A stretch of 64,000 bases of DNA from NCBI GenBank assembly GCA_900549955.1, contig URQH01000002.1, positions 70,953-134,952 on the forward strand. Direction: 5' to 3'. Of this stretch, positions 9,623 through 19,035 are shown piece by piece. Within the stretch, counting starts at the first letter, position 1, and each line of letters begins with the position of its first letter. This stretch comes from an uncultured Eubacteriales bacterium. GTDB taxonomy: Bacteria > Bacillota > Clostridia > Christensenellales > CAG-138. The position numbers were made by a program, and so were the translations under genes. The notes beneath the pieces were generated by a model. The model was not told the DNA's origin and ran no database searches. It saw only the letters and a list, made by a program, of their open reading frames with translations.

Positions 9623-11096
9623 ACTTGACTCCTCCCTCCAGCGTCGGCTGCCGCCGGTTTGGCGACGGCGCGCGCTTGAGTGTAAATGTGAAATTGCTGC
9701 CCTTGCCGCGGACGCTCTTGAGCGTAATCGTCTGCCCATGCTGGTCGATAATGCGTTTGACGATCGACAGGCCGAGGCCGGTGCCGCTCTGCTTTGTGGG
9801 CGTGTGCGCTTTTTCGACCTTGTAAAACCGGTCGAACACGTGCGGGACATCCTCCTCGGGAATGCCCTGGCCGGAATCCTGAATGCTGACGTACACCTCT
9901 TTGCGCAACGCATATGTCGCAATCCGCAGCTTGCTGCGCGGCGGCGAATATTTGATCGCGTTGTCGATGATGTTCCTCAGCACCTGCGAAATCTGCGCGC
10001 TGTCCGCTTCTACAAAGTACTGTTCCTGCGCAAACTTGACCTCCACTTCCATCTGCTGGTCGTAAATGCGCGCCTCAAACGTGATCAGCGTCCGCCGGAT
10101 CAGCTCGTTAATATCGAAGATTTCCAGTTTGATGGCCGTCTTGCCGGACTCGATGCGCGCAAGATCCAGCAAGTCGTTGACCATGGTGGTCATGCGCCGC
10201 GTTTCGGAGAGCACGACGTCGATATACTTGTCGTATTCTTCCCGGCCGATCGTCCCGTCCTGCATGGCCTCCAAAAAGCCGCGCATGGAGGTCAGCGGCG
10301 AGCGCAGCTCGTGGCTGACGTTTGAGACGAAGTCCCTGCGCGTCGCCTCAAGATCTTTGAGCTGGTCCGCCATGTTGTTGAAGCTGCGTGCCAGTTGTGT
10401 CGCCTCATCCGTCCCGGTAATGGGGATGCGCAGGTTGAAGTCCCCCTTGCTGTAACGCTGTACAATCTCGTTGATCTCCATGAACGGGCGGATCATGCGC
10501 GACGAGGAATAGTATACCGCAATGATACAAAACAGTACGGCGATCAGCAGTACCAGTACGATTTCCATCCAGACGGCGCGCAGCGTCCTGCTGGAGACGG
10601 AGTAGTCCAGGTGCAGCAGCACGGCATCGGAAGGCACGCCGTTTTCATATGCAAGCGATACGCCGCTGATCGTGGGAAACGGCAGAAGATCGCCATAATA
10701 GTCGTATCGTTCCTCCTGCCCCGCCGCCGCAAACAGCTGCGTGCGCTCCGCTTCCCCCAGCATCCGCTCCGCCGCCGGCTGCCACTTGTCGTCCGCAAAA
10801 TACGTGTCGTGCGTGCCGTCCGCTCCATAGATCTCGATCAGGCCATCGCTCTGCCGCGCAATGATCTCCAGCTCCGCCGCAGCGCTCTCCTCCGGCAGCT
10901 CGGAAGCGCGTACCAATGCGCATAGTGCTGAAATCTCCGCCAGTTCTCCCGTGAGCAGCTCGCGCATCTCATAGCGCAACTGGCTCTGAAAGAGCGCAAT
11001 AACCGTTACGCCGACGAGCACGATCAGCCCCAGCGTAACGGTCAAATATGTCGCGAGCATGCGCGAAAACAGGGTTCGGAGAAAATCGCGGCGCAT
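9612..11096 (-). CDS. Sensor histidine kinase: two TM helices, an extracytoplasmic domain of about 140 aa, HAMP, HisKA, HATPase_c
   Basis: H-box FVSNVSHELRSPLTSM; N, G1 and G2 boxes (NAIKYS, QDSGQGIP, GTGLGLSIVK). Confidence 0.9.
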   Translation of the reverse strand: MRRDFLRTLFSRMLATYLTVTLGLIVLVGVTVIALFQSQLRYEMRELLTGELAEISALCALVRASELPEESAAAELEIIARQSDGLIEIYGADGTHDTYFADDKWQPAAERMLGEAERTQLFAAAGQEERYDYYGDLLPFPTISGVSLAYENGVPSDAVLLHLDYSVSSRTLRAVWMEIVLVLLIAVLFCIIAVYYSSSRMIRPFMEINEIVQRYSKGDFNLRIPITGTDEATQLARSFNNMADQLKDLEATRRDFVSNVSHELRSPLTSMRGFLEAMQDGTIGREEYDKYIDVVLSETRRMTTMVNDLLDLARIESGKTAIKLEIFDINELIRRTLITFEARIYDQQMEVEVKFAQEQYFVEADSAQISQVLRNIIDNAIKYSPPRSKLRIATYALRKEVYVSIQDSGQGIPEEDVPHVFDRFYKVEKAHTPTKQSGTGLGLSIVKRIIDQHGQTITLKSVRGKGSNFTFTLKRAPSPNRRQPTLEGGVKYGI

Positions 11097-11110
11097 GGGC
11101 CCTCTTCTGC

Positions 11111-11788
11111 TTACTGTTGTTCGAACTTATAGCCGACACCCCATACGGTCTTGAGCTGCCACTGGTGATTGTCCCCCAGCTTCTCGCGGATCCGCTTGAC
11201 ATGGACATCAACCGTGCGGGAATCGCCAAAGAAGTCAAACCCCCAGACCTGCTCGAGCAGCTGCTCCCGCGTGAACACCTTGCCTGCATGCGACGCAAGG
11301 AAATACAGCAGCTCGATCTCCTTGGGCGGCATCTCCAGCTGGCGGCCGTCGAGCAGTACCGCATAGTTTTCCAGCGAGACGGACAGGCCGTCGAGCTGGA
11401 TCGTACGCTCCGGCTCCACCGGCGCGCTTCTGCGCAACACGGCCTTGATGCGCGCGATCAGCTCCTTTGCGTCGAACGGCTTTGCAATATAGTCGTCAGC
11501 GCCCAGTTCGAGCCCCTGCACGCGGTCCCCCGTATCTCCCTTTGCCGTGAGCATGATGACGGGCGTTTCGCTTTCCATGCGGATGTCGTGCAGCACGGAC
11601 CAGCCATCCCGTCCCGGCAACATCACATCCAGCACCACCAGCGCCGGACGCGTCTCGTGAAAGGCGGCGAGCGCCATCCCGCCATCCGCGCAGGTAGCCA
11701 CCTGAAAGCCGGCCTTTTTGAGATACAATTCTATGATGGCCAGTATATTTCGGTCATCATCAATGACCAAAATGGTACCGTTTTCCAT
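11111..11788 (-). CDS. OmpR/PhoB-family response regulator
   Basis: Receiver domain (ILVIDDD, LVVLDVMLPG, MLTAKG) plus a winged-helix C-terminus (VWGFDFFGDSRTVDVHVKRIREKL). Confidence 0.9.
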   Translation of the reverse strand: MENGTILVIDDDRNILAIIELYLKKAGFQVATCADGGMALAAFHETRPALVVLDVMLPGRDGWSVLHDIRMESETPVIMLTAKGDTGDRVQGLELGADDYIAKPFDAKELIARIKAVLRRSAPVEPERTIQLDGLSVSLENYAVLLDGRQLEMPPKEIELLYFLASHAGKVFTREQLLEQVWGFDFFGDSRTVDVHVKRIREKLGDNHQWQLKTVWGVGYKFEQQ

Positions 11789-11842
11789 GTATCACACCTC
11801 CGGAAGTTTGCGGGTCTGCATACCTCCCCGCATATATGTTGC

Positions 11843-11872
11843 ATTATACCACAGAACGCAGCATTTGTCCAA
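11843..11872 (-). promoter_or_regulatory. Candidate sigmaA promoter for the RR-HK-htrA operon
   Basis: Minus strand reads TTGGAC-18-TATAAT with a TGg extension (ctgTGgTATAAT). Confidence 0.4.
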
Positions 11873-11932
11873 CCGCACCGCCACGGGCGGCATCCTGGCC
11901 GTTTCAGGCCGGGGTATTTCCCCCACCGGGCT

Positions 11933-14281
11933 TCATTTTAACGTGACAACCGTCACGCCGGCGTCCCCTTCGCCATAGGCGCCGAGCCGATACGATTTCA
12001 CGCGCGGATGCGTCTTGAGAAACGCCTGCACCCCAGCACGCAGCGCGCCCGTGCCCTTGCCATGGATGATGGAAAACTCCTTGACGCCCGTAATCATCGC
12101 GTCGTCGATAAACCGGTCGATCTCCACGGTCGCCTCGTCCACCATCTTACCGCGCAGATCCAGCTCAAGAAAACTACGGGCAGGCTCCGAAAGCTTGACC
12201 TGAAACGCCGCCTTTGGCTTTTCGGGCTTGGTCGCCGCCGGGCGCAGATCGGACAGCTTGACGGTCATCTTCATGGCGCCGGCCTGCACGAGCACCTCCT
12301 GGCGTGCATCCGGCGCTTTCAGCACGGATGCGTCCCTTCCAATGGTCAGCACATGCACGAGATCGCCCGGGCGGACGGTCTTGGGAGCCTCGCCCTCGGC
12401 AAGACGGCGCTCGGTCTCGCCCGCCAGCCGGGCTTCGCCGGCGCGCATGGCATCTCTCGCCTGCTGCACGGCACGCTCCAGAGAGCGGGAATCCGCTACC
12501 TTCAGCGAACGCAAACCGGCAATGAGCGTTTCCATCTCCTGCCGCGTCTGCTGTACGAGCTTTTTGGCATCCTCGCGCGCATTCTGCCGCAGCTGTGCCT
12601 TTTCGGACTCCAGCCGCCGCCGCTGTTCCTCAAGTTCCGCACGTACACGCTGCGCTTCCCAGCGATCCTGCTGCGCGGCCTCTCGCGCCGCTTCCGCCTC
12701 CCGGCGCGCCGCCTCCGCGCCCGAAAGCACGTCCTCAAACGCAACGTCACGCTTGAGCAGAAAGTCCCGTGCGCGGTCGATAATGGAAGCCGGCAGGCCA
12801 AGTCGCTCAGAAATCTCGAACGCGTTCGACTTACCCGGAATGCCGATATACAACCGGTAGGTCGGGCACAGGCGATCGACATCAAACTCCATTGACGCGT
12901 TCTGCATCCCCGGGCGGGTCAGCGCAAACGCCTTGATTTCGCTGTAATGCGTCGTGGCCATCGTCAGCGCGCCGCGCTCATACAGGGCCTCCAAAATCGC
13001 CTGGGCGAGTGCGGCGCCCTCGACCGGGTCGGTGCCGGCGCCCAGCTCGTCCAGCAGCACCAGGCTGCCTTCTCCGGCCTGTTCCAGAATCTCCACGGTA
13101 TTGGTCATGTGCGAGGAGAACGTCGACAGGGACTGCTCAATGGACTGCTCGTCGCCAATGTCTGCAAAGACCTCGTCAAAGACGGACAGCTCCGTGCGCG
13201 CATCCGCCGGCACGAACATGCCGGACATGGCCATGAGCGCAAACAGGCCAACGGTCTTGAGTGTGACCGTCTTGCCGCCGGTGTTGGGCCCAGTGATGAT
13301 CAGCGTGCGGAAATCCGTGCCAAGCCATACGTCGACCGGCACGACGCTGTCCGCCGGCAGCAGCGGGTGCCGGCCCTCGACGATGTGAAAGCGCCGGTCG
13401 GCATGCAGCTTCGGGCGGACGGCACGCATGTCGCGGGCGAGTATGGCGCGCGCAAAGATCACATCCAGCGCGCCCAGCAGGTTCAGGCTGGCATGCAGCT
13501 CCTCCGCTACGGGATCGACCAGCGCGGTCAACCCGGCGAGGATGCGCCCGATCTCCACCTGCTCCTGCGCCTGCAACTGGCGCAGCTCGTTGCCCAGCTC
13601 CACCGCCGCGGACGGCTCAATGAACAGCGTGGCGCCGCTGCCGCTCTGATCGTGCACCAGGCCTGCGACCTGCGCCCGATGCTCCGCCTTGACCGGCAGC
13701 GCAAACCGCCCGTTGCGCACCGTGATGATCGGCTCCTGCAAAAATTTCTGATAGACGGGGCTCTTGATCATTGCGTTCAGCTTGTCCCGCATGCGCTCGT
13801 TGGTGATGCGAACCTGGCGGCGAATGCGCGCCAGTTCCGGAGAAGCATTGTCCGCAAGCTCATCTTCCGAAAGGATGCAACGGCCAATCTCCTCCTCAAT
13901 GGAGCGGTGCGAACACAGCCGGTTAGCCATGGCGGAGAGCAGCCCCGGCGTCTCGCCGCCATGCAGCGTTTCCCGCGCCTTTCTCGCCACACGCAGGCAC
14001 TGCGCGCAGGCGAGCAGCTCGCCCATGGTCAGCGCATGGGCGGCATGGATGCGCACCAGCAGGTCCCGGATATCCGGAAACCCCTCTACCGGTGTACGGC
14101 CTGTGCGCCGGTAGATTGCGTCGGCCTCCTCCGTCTGCTGCAACAGCCGCTCCGCCTCCTGCAAATCGCTCACCGGTTGCAGGGCAAACGACGCCTCCCG
14201 CCCAACCTCCGAGGCCAGATGGGTGCGAAGCCTGTCACAAATCTTATCGTATTCCAGTATGGTCAGCGCCCGTTGATTCAT
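11933..14281 (-). CDS. mutS2: Endonuclease MutS2
   Basis: 782 aa. Walker A GPNTGGKTV and a C-terminal Smr domain (LDLRGKMVDEA...IIHGKGTGALR). Confidence 0.95.
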   Translation of the reverse strand: MNQRALTILEYDKICDRLRTHLASEVGREASFALQPVSDLQEAERLLQQTEEADAIYRRTGRTPVEGFPDIRDLLVRIHAAHALTMGELLACAQCLRVARKARETLHGGETPGLLSAMANRLCSHRSIEEEIGRCILSEDELADNASPELARIRRQVRITNERMRDKLNAMIKSPVYQKFLQEPIITVRNGRFALPVKAEHRAQVAGLVHDQSGSGATLFIEPSAAVELGNELRQLQAQEQVEIGRILAGLTALVDPVAEELHASLNLLGALDVIFARAILARDMRAVRPKLHADRRFHIVEGRHPLLPADSVVPVDVWLGTDFRTLIITGPNTGGKTVTLKTVGLFALMAMSGMFVPADARTELSVFDEVFADIGDEQSIEQSLSTFSSHMTNTVEILEQAGEGSLVLLDELGAGTDPVEGAALAQAILEALYERGALTMATTHYSEIKAFALTRPGMQNASMEFDVDRLCPTYRLYIGIPGKSNAFEISERLGLPASIIDRARDFLLKRDVAFEDVLSGAEAARREAEAAREAAQQDRWEAQRVRAELEEQRRRLESEKAQLRQNAREDAKKLVQQTRQEMETLIAGLRSLKVADSRSLERAVQQARDAMRAGEARLAGETERRLAEGEAPKTVRPGDLVHVLTIGRDASVLKAPDARQEVLVQAGAMKMTVKLSDLRPAATKPEKPKAAFQVKLSEPARSFLELDLRGKMVDEATVEIDRFIDDAMITGVKEFSIIHGKGTGALRAGVQAFLKTHPRVKSYRLGAYGEGDAGVTVVTLK

Positions 14282-14397
14282 AGGTCCCTCCCAGGACGAT
14301 CGGCTCTTTGCCGCCGGAACATCGCGGCACGCCGCATGTGCCCGCCGCTTTTGGCGTGTCTATCTTACCACGCGGGGCCAAAAGCGTCAAACCGCGT

Positions 14398-14432
14398 CCA
14401 AAAGCAAAGGCCGCCCCCCTGCAGGGGGCGGC
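14398..14432 (-). terminator. Intrinsic terminator after the mscS-like gene
   Basis: 9-bp GC stem, GCCGCCCCC ...GGGGGCGGC, followed on the minus strand by CTTTGCTTTTG. Confidence 0.5.
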
Positions 14433-14451
14433 GGCAAAAGCGCAAACGCGT

Positions 14452-15276
14452 TTACTGCGGCGGCAGAATGTCCAGCCTGGCGCGTGCCAGGGAGATGCCA
14501 TTCTGCTCCAGCGTCTCCTTGGCCCGCACGCGCAGGTCATACGTCACGTCCAGCAGCTCGGTCCGCGCGCACCACGCCCAGATCGTGTAGGTCTGCACGC
14601 CGCCCAGCAGGTCCGTCAGCGCGGCCTGCGGCGCCGGGTCCTGTAGCACCCGCTCATCGGCAGCGGCTGCCTGCTCCAGCAGCTTGCACACGAGGCGGGA
14701 GTCTGCCGCATAGGCCACCGGCAGCTGCACCTCTGCGCGCCGCGTCTCCTCCGTGGACGAATTGACCAGCGTGGAATTGGATATCACGCCATTGGGGAAC
14801 ACCACCGTGCGGTTGTCCGGCGTCAAAATGGAGGTAAAATAGATGTTGATATCCTGCACCGTACCGGCCTCGCCGTTCACGGTGATATAGTCGCCAAGGC
14901 CAAAGGGCTTGAACAGGATGATGAGCAATCCGCCGGCCAGGTTGGAAAAGCTGTTCTGCAGCGCCAGGCCGATGGCCAGTGCCGCCGAGCTGAGCATCGC
15001 CACCACGGACGACGTATTGGCGCCCATCAGGATGATAAACAGAATGACAATCAGGATCCGAAGGCCAATCCCTACGGCGCTCGCCAGAAACGAGCGCATT
15101 GTGGGCGACAGCGGATCGGACACCTTGGAAGCCCGCTTTCCCTGTCTGGTACGGATGTGCCGCGCAACCCACTTGGCGATACGGAAGCCAACAAACAGCA
15201 GCACCGCGCCCGCGAGGATGCGCAGGCCGAACTTCATGACAAAATCCCAGACTTCTTCCCAAAATGTTGGTTTCAC
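14452..15276 (-). CDS. Small-conductance mechanosensitive channel (MscS family)
   Basis: 274 aa, three N-terminal TM helices, and the conserved MscS core (NLAGGLLIILFKPFGLGDYI...GTVQDINIYFT). GTG start preceded by GGGAG. Confidence 0.85.
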   Translation of the reverse strand: MKPTFWEEVWDFVMKFGLRILAGAVLLFVGFRIAKWVARHIRTRQGKRASKVSDPLSPTMRSFLASAVGIGLRILIVILFIILMGANTSSVVAMLSSAALAIGLALQNSFSNLAGGLLIILFKPFGLGDYITVNGEAGTVQDINIYFTSILTPDNRTVVFPNGVISNSTLVNSSTEETRRAEVQLPVAYAADSRLVCKLLEQAAAADERVLQDPAPQAALTDLLGGVQTYTIWAWCARTELLDVTYDLRVRAKETLEQNGISLARARLDILPPQ

Positions 15277-15294
15277 AGTTGATCTCCCGTTGCT

Positions 15295-17115
15295 TTATGC
15301 GATCTTGACGCAGATGATCTTGGCACTCTCCTGACTGCCGCCCTTGCCGCGCGTCCCCACGACCAGGTAATTGTTGAATACGGCGGGCGTAGAGTCGATC
15401 CGGGACCCGAGGTCCAGAGAATACAGCAGCGCAGAGGTACTTGCGTCATACAACTTCACCATGCCCGCGCGGTCGCACTGGATCAGGTACGCGCTGTCGT
15501 TTTCATCGTATACGACGACGGGCGAAGACCAGTAGTCCCCCGCGCCTGCATCTTCAATGCTCCACGCAACTTCTCCGGTGGTCTTGTCATATGCGACGAT
15601 ACGCCCGCCCAGCGAATTGCCGCCGGTACCGGTCGGCGCCTCCGGGTCCACCACGTCGTCCACGGCGGGCTCGCTCGTCATCACGGCCAGGTCCATCGCG
15701 TAGATAACCAGATTGGAAATGTTGCCGCGCCCCACGTGCGGCGTCGCCAGCGTCCCGCCGTTGTTGCTTGCGTCCCCGGTGGAAGCAGCCCATTGTTTTT
15801 GCCAGACCACTTCGCCTGTCAGGCCGTTGATCTTCTTGTGCCAGGAATATCCAAATCCCTCGCCCAACTCGCCCACAGAAGTATTGGCCTGGCTCGCCGT
15901 ATACAGATAGATCGTGCCGTCGTCATAGCTCTCCTCGATCACGACGGTAGCGTCCGCATCCTCGCCCACGTCCGTAACAAACAGCAGGTCGTAGGTGTTA
16001 GCATCGACACACTGTAGCCTGCCGCCATTGTCGGTAAAATACAGATAGTTGCGAAAGGCGGCCACCGAGCTTTCCACGCCATACCAGCGGCTGTTGGCTG
16101 CATCGCTCTTCGAGTATCCGGCGCCTTCATAGCGATACTTGACCAGTCGCTCGGGGTTGATGGATACCGTGCCTGCCGCCGCATCAAACTGCGTATTCAG
16201 CTTGCTCGAATACAAGACGCCGTTTTCACCGGCATAAAACAACGTGTCGTTTGAGATGAGCGGGCTGCCGTCGTATGCCTGCCACCCGCGTTCGCCAAAA
16301 TAGTCATACCCGCCAAAACGATGGATCTCCTCGTTTGTAATGAGCGAATAGACCCGGATGTAGGCGACAGAAAGGCCGTTTTCATTTTCCACCGGGATCC
16401 CCTGGCCGACATACAACAGCGGGTATCCGTTGGGATCGAGGCAGGCCGTCCCCTTCATGACCACGCCCACGTTGATCGGGTCGCGCGTGCGCGCGCCGGA
16501 CTCAAGGTCGTAAAAGTAGATATAACCGTCCATGGCGGGGTAGATAACCTCGACAAACCCCTCCTTGGTCTTGTAGGTTTCCGACACGCCCAGCACCGGG
16601 CGCACCTCATCCGGCCACTGCACGATCAGCGGCTGCCCGGTCCACCCCGTGCCCGTCCAGCTGTCGATCTGTCCGATACGCTCTTCCCAGGCGCGATACA
16701 GGCGCCGCTCAGAGACGACGGTCGTACCATAGGCAAAGGTGTTTCGATAGTTGTTGCCGCCAAAGGTCAACAGCCCGGGCACATCGGTATAGTCTTCGTC
16801 CCTGCCAAAGGAAACGGGGTTGCTGCGGGTATAGGAGTTGGTGTCCCCTCCATTGACCTGCAGCACGGTGGAAAACCCAAGCCGTTCCGGCGCGGCCGCT
16901 TCGCTGCCCACGACGGAAATATTGTCCGGCAGGGGCGGCTTTGGCGTTGCCTCGGCCGGTACCGTTGGCGACGAGCTCGGCAACGGCGTGTTCTCCGCCG
17001 CAGCCTCTCTGGCAGGCGATACAATGGCGCGCACGAGCAGAAAGATCCCGATGCCGATGCCAACCACCGAGAACAGAAACAGGAAAAACCTCGGTTGCAT
17101 TCGCCTGCGCGCCAC
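15295..17115 (-). CDS. Membrane-anchored PQQ-like (BamB/YxaL-type) beta-propeller repeat protein, paralog 1
   Basis: 606 aa: N-terminal TM (FFLFLFSVVGIGIGIFLLV), a Pro/Ser linker, then repeated beta-propeller blades. Shares blocks with the next gene (FGGNNYRNTFAYGT / FRGDNYRSGAAYGT; GWTGQPLIVQWP / GWVGQPLVVCWP). Confidence 0.75.
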   Translation of the reverse strand: MARRRMQPRFFLFLFSVVGIGIGIFLLVRAIVSPAREAAAENTPLPSSSPTVPAEATPKPPLPDNISVVGSEAAAPERLGFSTVLQVNGGDTNSYTRSNPVSFGRDEDYTDVPGLLTFGGNNYRNTFAYGTTVVSERRLYRAWEERIGQIDSWTGTGWTGQPLIVQWPDEVRPVLGVSETYKTKEGFVEVIYPAMDGYIYFYDLESGARTRDPINVGVVMKGTACLDPNGYPLLYVGQGIPVENENGLSVAYIRVYSLITNEEIHRFGGYDYFGERGWQAYDGSPLISNDTLFYAGENGVLYSSKLNTQFDAAAGTVSINPERLVKYRYEGAGYSKSDAANSRWYGVESSVAAFRNYLYFTDNGGRLQCVDANTYDLLFVTDVGEDADATVVIEESYDDGTIYLYTASQANTSVGELGEGFGYSWHKKINGLTGEVVWQKQWAASTGDASNNGGTLATPHVGRGNISNLVIYAMDLAVMTSEPAVDDVVDPEAPTGTGGNSLGGRIVAYDKTTGEVAWSIEDAGAGDYWSSPVVVYDENDSAYLIQCDRAGMVKLYDASTSALLYSLDLGSRIDSTPAVFNNYLVVGTRGKGGSQESAKIICVKIA

Positions 17116-17127
17116 AAGACCCCTCCT

Positions 17128-18939
17128 TTAGGAAATGGTTATGCCAAACACGTCCATACCGCGCGTGCCGACGATGATCGTGTTGCCATATACCACCGGC
17201 GACGCCTCGATGTTGCGCTCTGCATCGAACTTCGACAGCTGCGTACCCGTTCTGCCATCGAGCAGATACACGTTTCCAACGCTGTCGCAAGTGACGATGT
17301 ATGCGTTGCCGGCCGCATCGTAGACTGCCACCGGCGAACTCCACGAATAGCCGTCCGAAGCAAACCGCCACCGTTCGGTGCCCGTGTTTTTGTCGATCGC
17401 GACCAGGTAGCCGTGATCCACATCCGGCACGCGGGCAAACGGTACGATGACCAGGTCGGAAATGCTGTTCTTGCCCAATACGGCCGTGGCCTGCACGCCG
17501 CCGGACACGCCGGAGCGCGTATACACGTTCATGTCGAACCGCCACACAATTTCGCCCGTAACCGCGTTGATCTTGAACAGCGGCGTCGTGCCATAGCTGT
17601 TTTCGTCTGCCGTAAAGTGCAGCGACGTGCCGACATACAGATATGCCGTGCGGTTGGCTTCGTCCTCTTCCAGCACGATGGATGCATTGGTATCGTCCAG
17701 CACATCCTGCGCCCAGACCAGCTCCATCGTGTTGAGATTGATGCACTGCATGAAACCGTCGTTCGTGACCAGATAGATGTACTCGCCCCAGACGACCGCG
17801 CTGTCCTCATACCCCATCCAGTACTTCTCCGCCGATGTGCTGCCGACAGAGCTGCGGGACGTATTATAACGGAATTTGACAACCTCGGAGGGCGCCATGG
17901 AGAGCGTCCCGGCCTGTTCGTCATACTGCGTGTTCAGCTTGATGGTGTACAGGATGGCGTTTTCGCCCGGATAGATCAGCGTGTCCGTCTCCGCGTCCAC
18001 GAGCGGCGAACTGTCATAGGCGTGCCAGTCGCGGATGGCAAAGCTGTCCTTATATGCGCCAAACGTGTACAGGCAGCTGAAATCGACCAGGCTGTAGATG
18101 ACCGCCCTGACGGTCTTGGCCGGATCGTCCGGATAGTTGTCGCCGGAACCGAGGTACAGGATGGGATACCCGCGCGGGTCAAGGGCGCCGGCGCCCTTGA
18201 ACGGGATGCCGATGTCGAGCGTCGGGCGGGTGGCCTCTCCAGTCGAAATGTCGAAGAAATATACCTTGCCATCCAGGCAGGGAAGGATCCCCTCCACCAG
18301 TCCTTCCTTCTGTTTGGCCCAGTCATACATGTTCATGATCTGCTTGGTGCTCTGCGGCCAGCAGACGACGAGGGGTTGTCCCACCCAGCCGCTGCCGGAC
18401 CAGTTGCCGCTGCCGCCGGGCTTGGCCATTTCGCCGATCTCGAAACTCCAGGCCTTGCTCAGCGTCTTGGAAGAGACGTTGGCCGTGCCATAAGCGGCGC
18501 CGCTGCGGTAGTTGTCGCCACGGAACGTGACGATACCATTGACGTTGGTGTAGGGTTCGTCATAATCAAAGAAAATCGGCGTCTCACGCTGATACGACTC
18601 GACGACCGTACCGTTGACCTCGATGTCCGTGGTATATCCCCAGTTGGCCGGATTGGAGCTGTCCACAGCATGCGGCATGTCAAAGCGCGGCGTGGGCGTG
18701 GGGCTCGGCGTCGGCGTGGGCTCTTGCGTCGGTTCCGGCGTTGGCGTTGCAAACAGGTCGGTCAAAAAACCGCCGTCATTTCCCTGTTGCTGGTCGCCGT
18801 CGCTCTGTCCGTTGCCGGACAGGCCCTTGATGGCCACAATGGCCAGCACCACGACAATTGCAAACAACAGCAGCACGATAAAGAACCGTGGCTGAATGCG
18901 CAGGCGTCTTCTCTTCCTTCTTCTCTGTTGCGTAGCCAT
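17128..18939 (-). CDS. Membrane-anchored PQQ-like beta-propeller repeat protein, paralog 2
   Basis: Internal ATG at 18939 (MATQQRRRKRRRL...) preceded by GGGGAGGG. TM (FFIVLLLFAIVVVLAIV), a PTPEPTQEPTPTPSPTPTP linker, and a propeller similar to paralog 1. Confidence 0.75.
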   Translation of the reverse strand: MATQQRRRKRRRLRIQPRFFIVLLLFAIVVVLAIVAIKGLSGNGQSDGDQQQGNDGGFLTDLFATPTPEPTQEPTPTPSPTPTPRFDMPHAVDSSNPANWGYTTDIEVNGTVVESYQRETPIFFDYDEPYTNVNGIVTFRGDNYRSGAAYGTANVSSKTLSKAWSFEIGEMAKPGGSGNWSGSGWVGQPLVVCWPQSTKQIMNMYDWAKQKEGLVEGILPCLDGKVYFFDISTGEATRPTLDIGIPFKGAGALDPRGYPILYLGSGDNYPDDPAKTVRAVIYSLVDFSCLYTFGAYKDSFAIRDWHAYDSSPLVDAETDTLIYPGENAILYTIKLNTQYDEQAGTLSMAPSEVVKFRYNTSRSSVGSTSAEKYWMGYEDSAVVWGEYIYLVTNDGFMQCINLNTMELVWAQDVLDDTNASIVLEEDEANRTAYLYVGTSLHFTADENSYGTTPLFKINAVTGEIVWRFDMNVYTRSGVSGGVQATAVLGKNSISDLVIVPFARVPDVDHGYLVAIDKNTGTERWRFASDGYSWSSPVAVYDAAGNAYIVTCDSVGNVYLLDGRTGTQLSKFDAERNIEASPVVYGNTIIVGTRGMDVFGITIS

Positions 18940-19035
18940 GATCAGTCGTTCCCTCCCCACGCGCCAGACGCGCGTATAATCATCGTATTATTATAACACG
19001 CGCGCGGGCGCCGTTTGTTGATGATTTGTGAATTC

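Noticed and set aside
16321-18996. 891-aa plus-strand ORF, the longest in the track
   Set aside because: It lies entirely antisense to the two beta-propeller genes. Its composition is Arg/Ala/Gly/Pro/His-rich with no motifs, which is the classic shadow ORF of a GC-rich genome. The minus-strand genes have RBSs, TM anchors and paralogous conservation.
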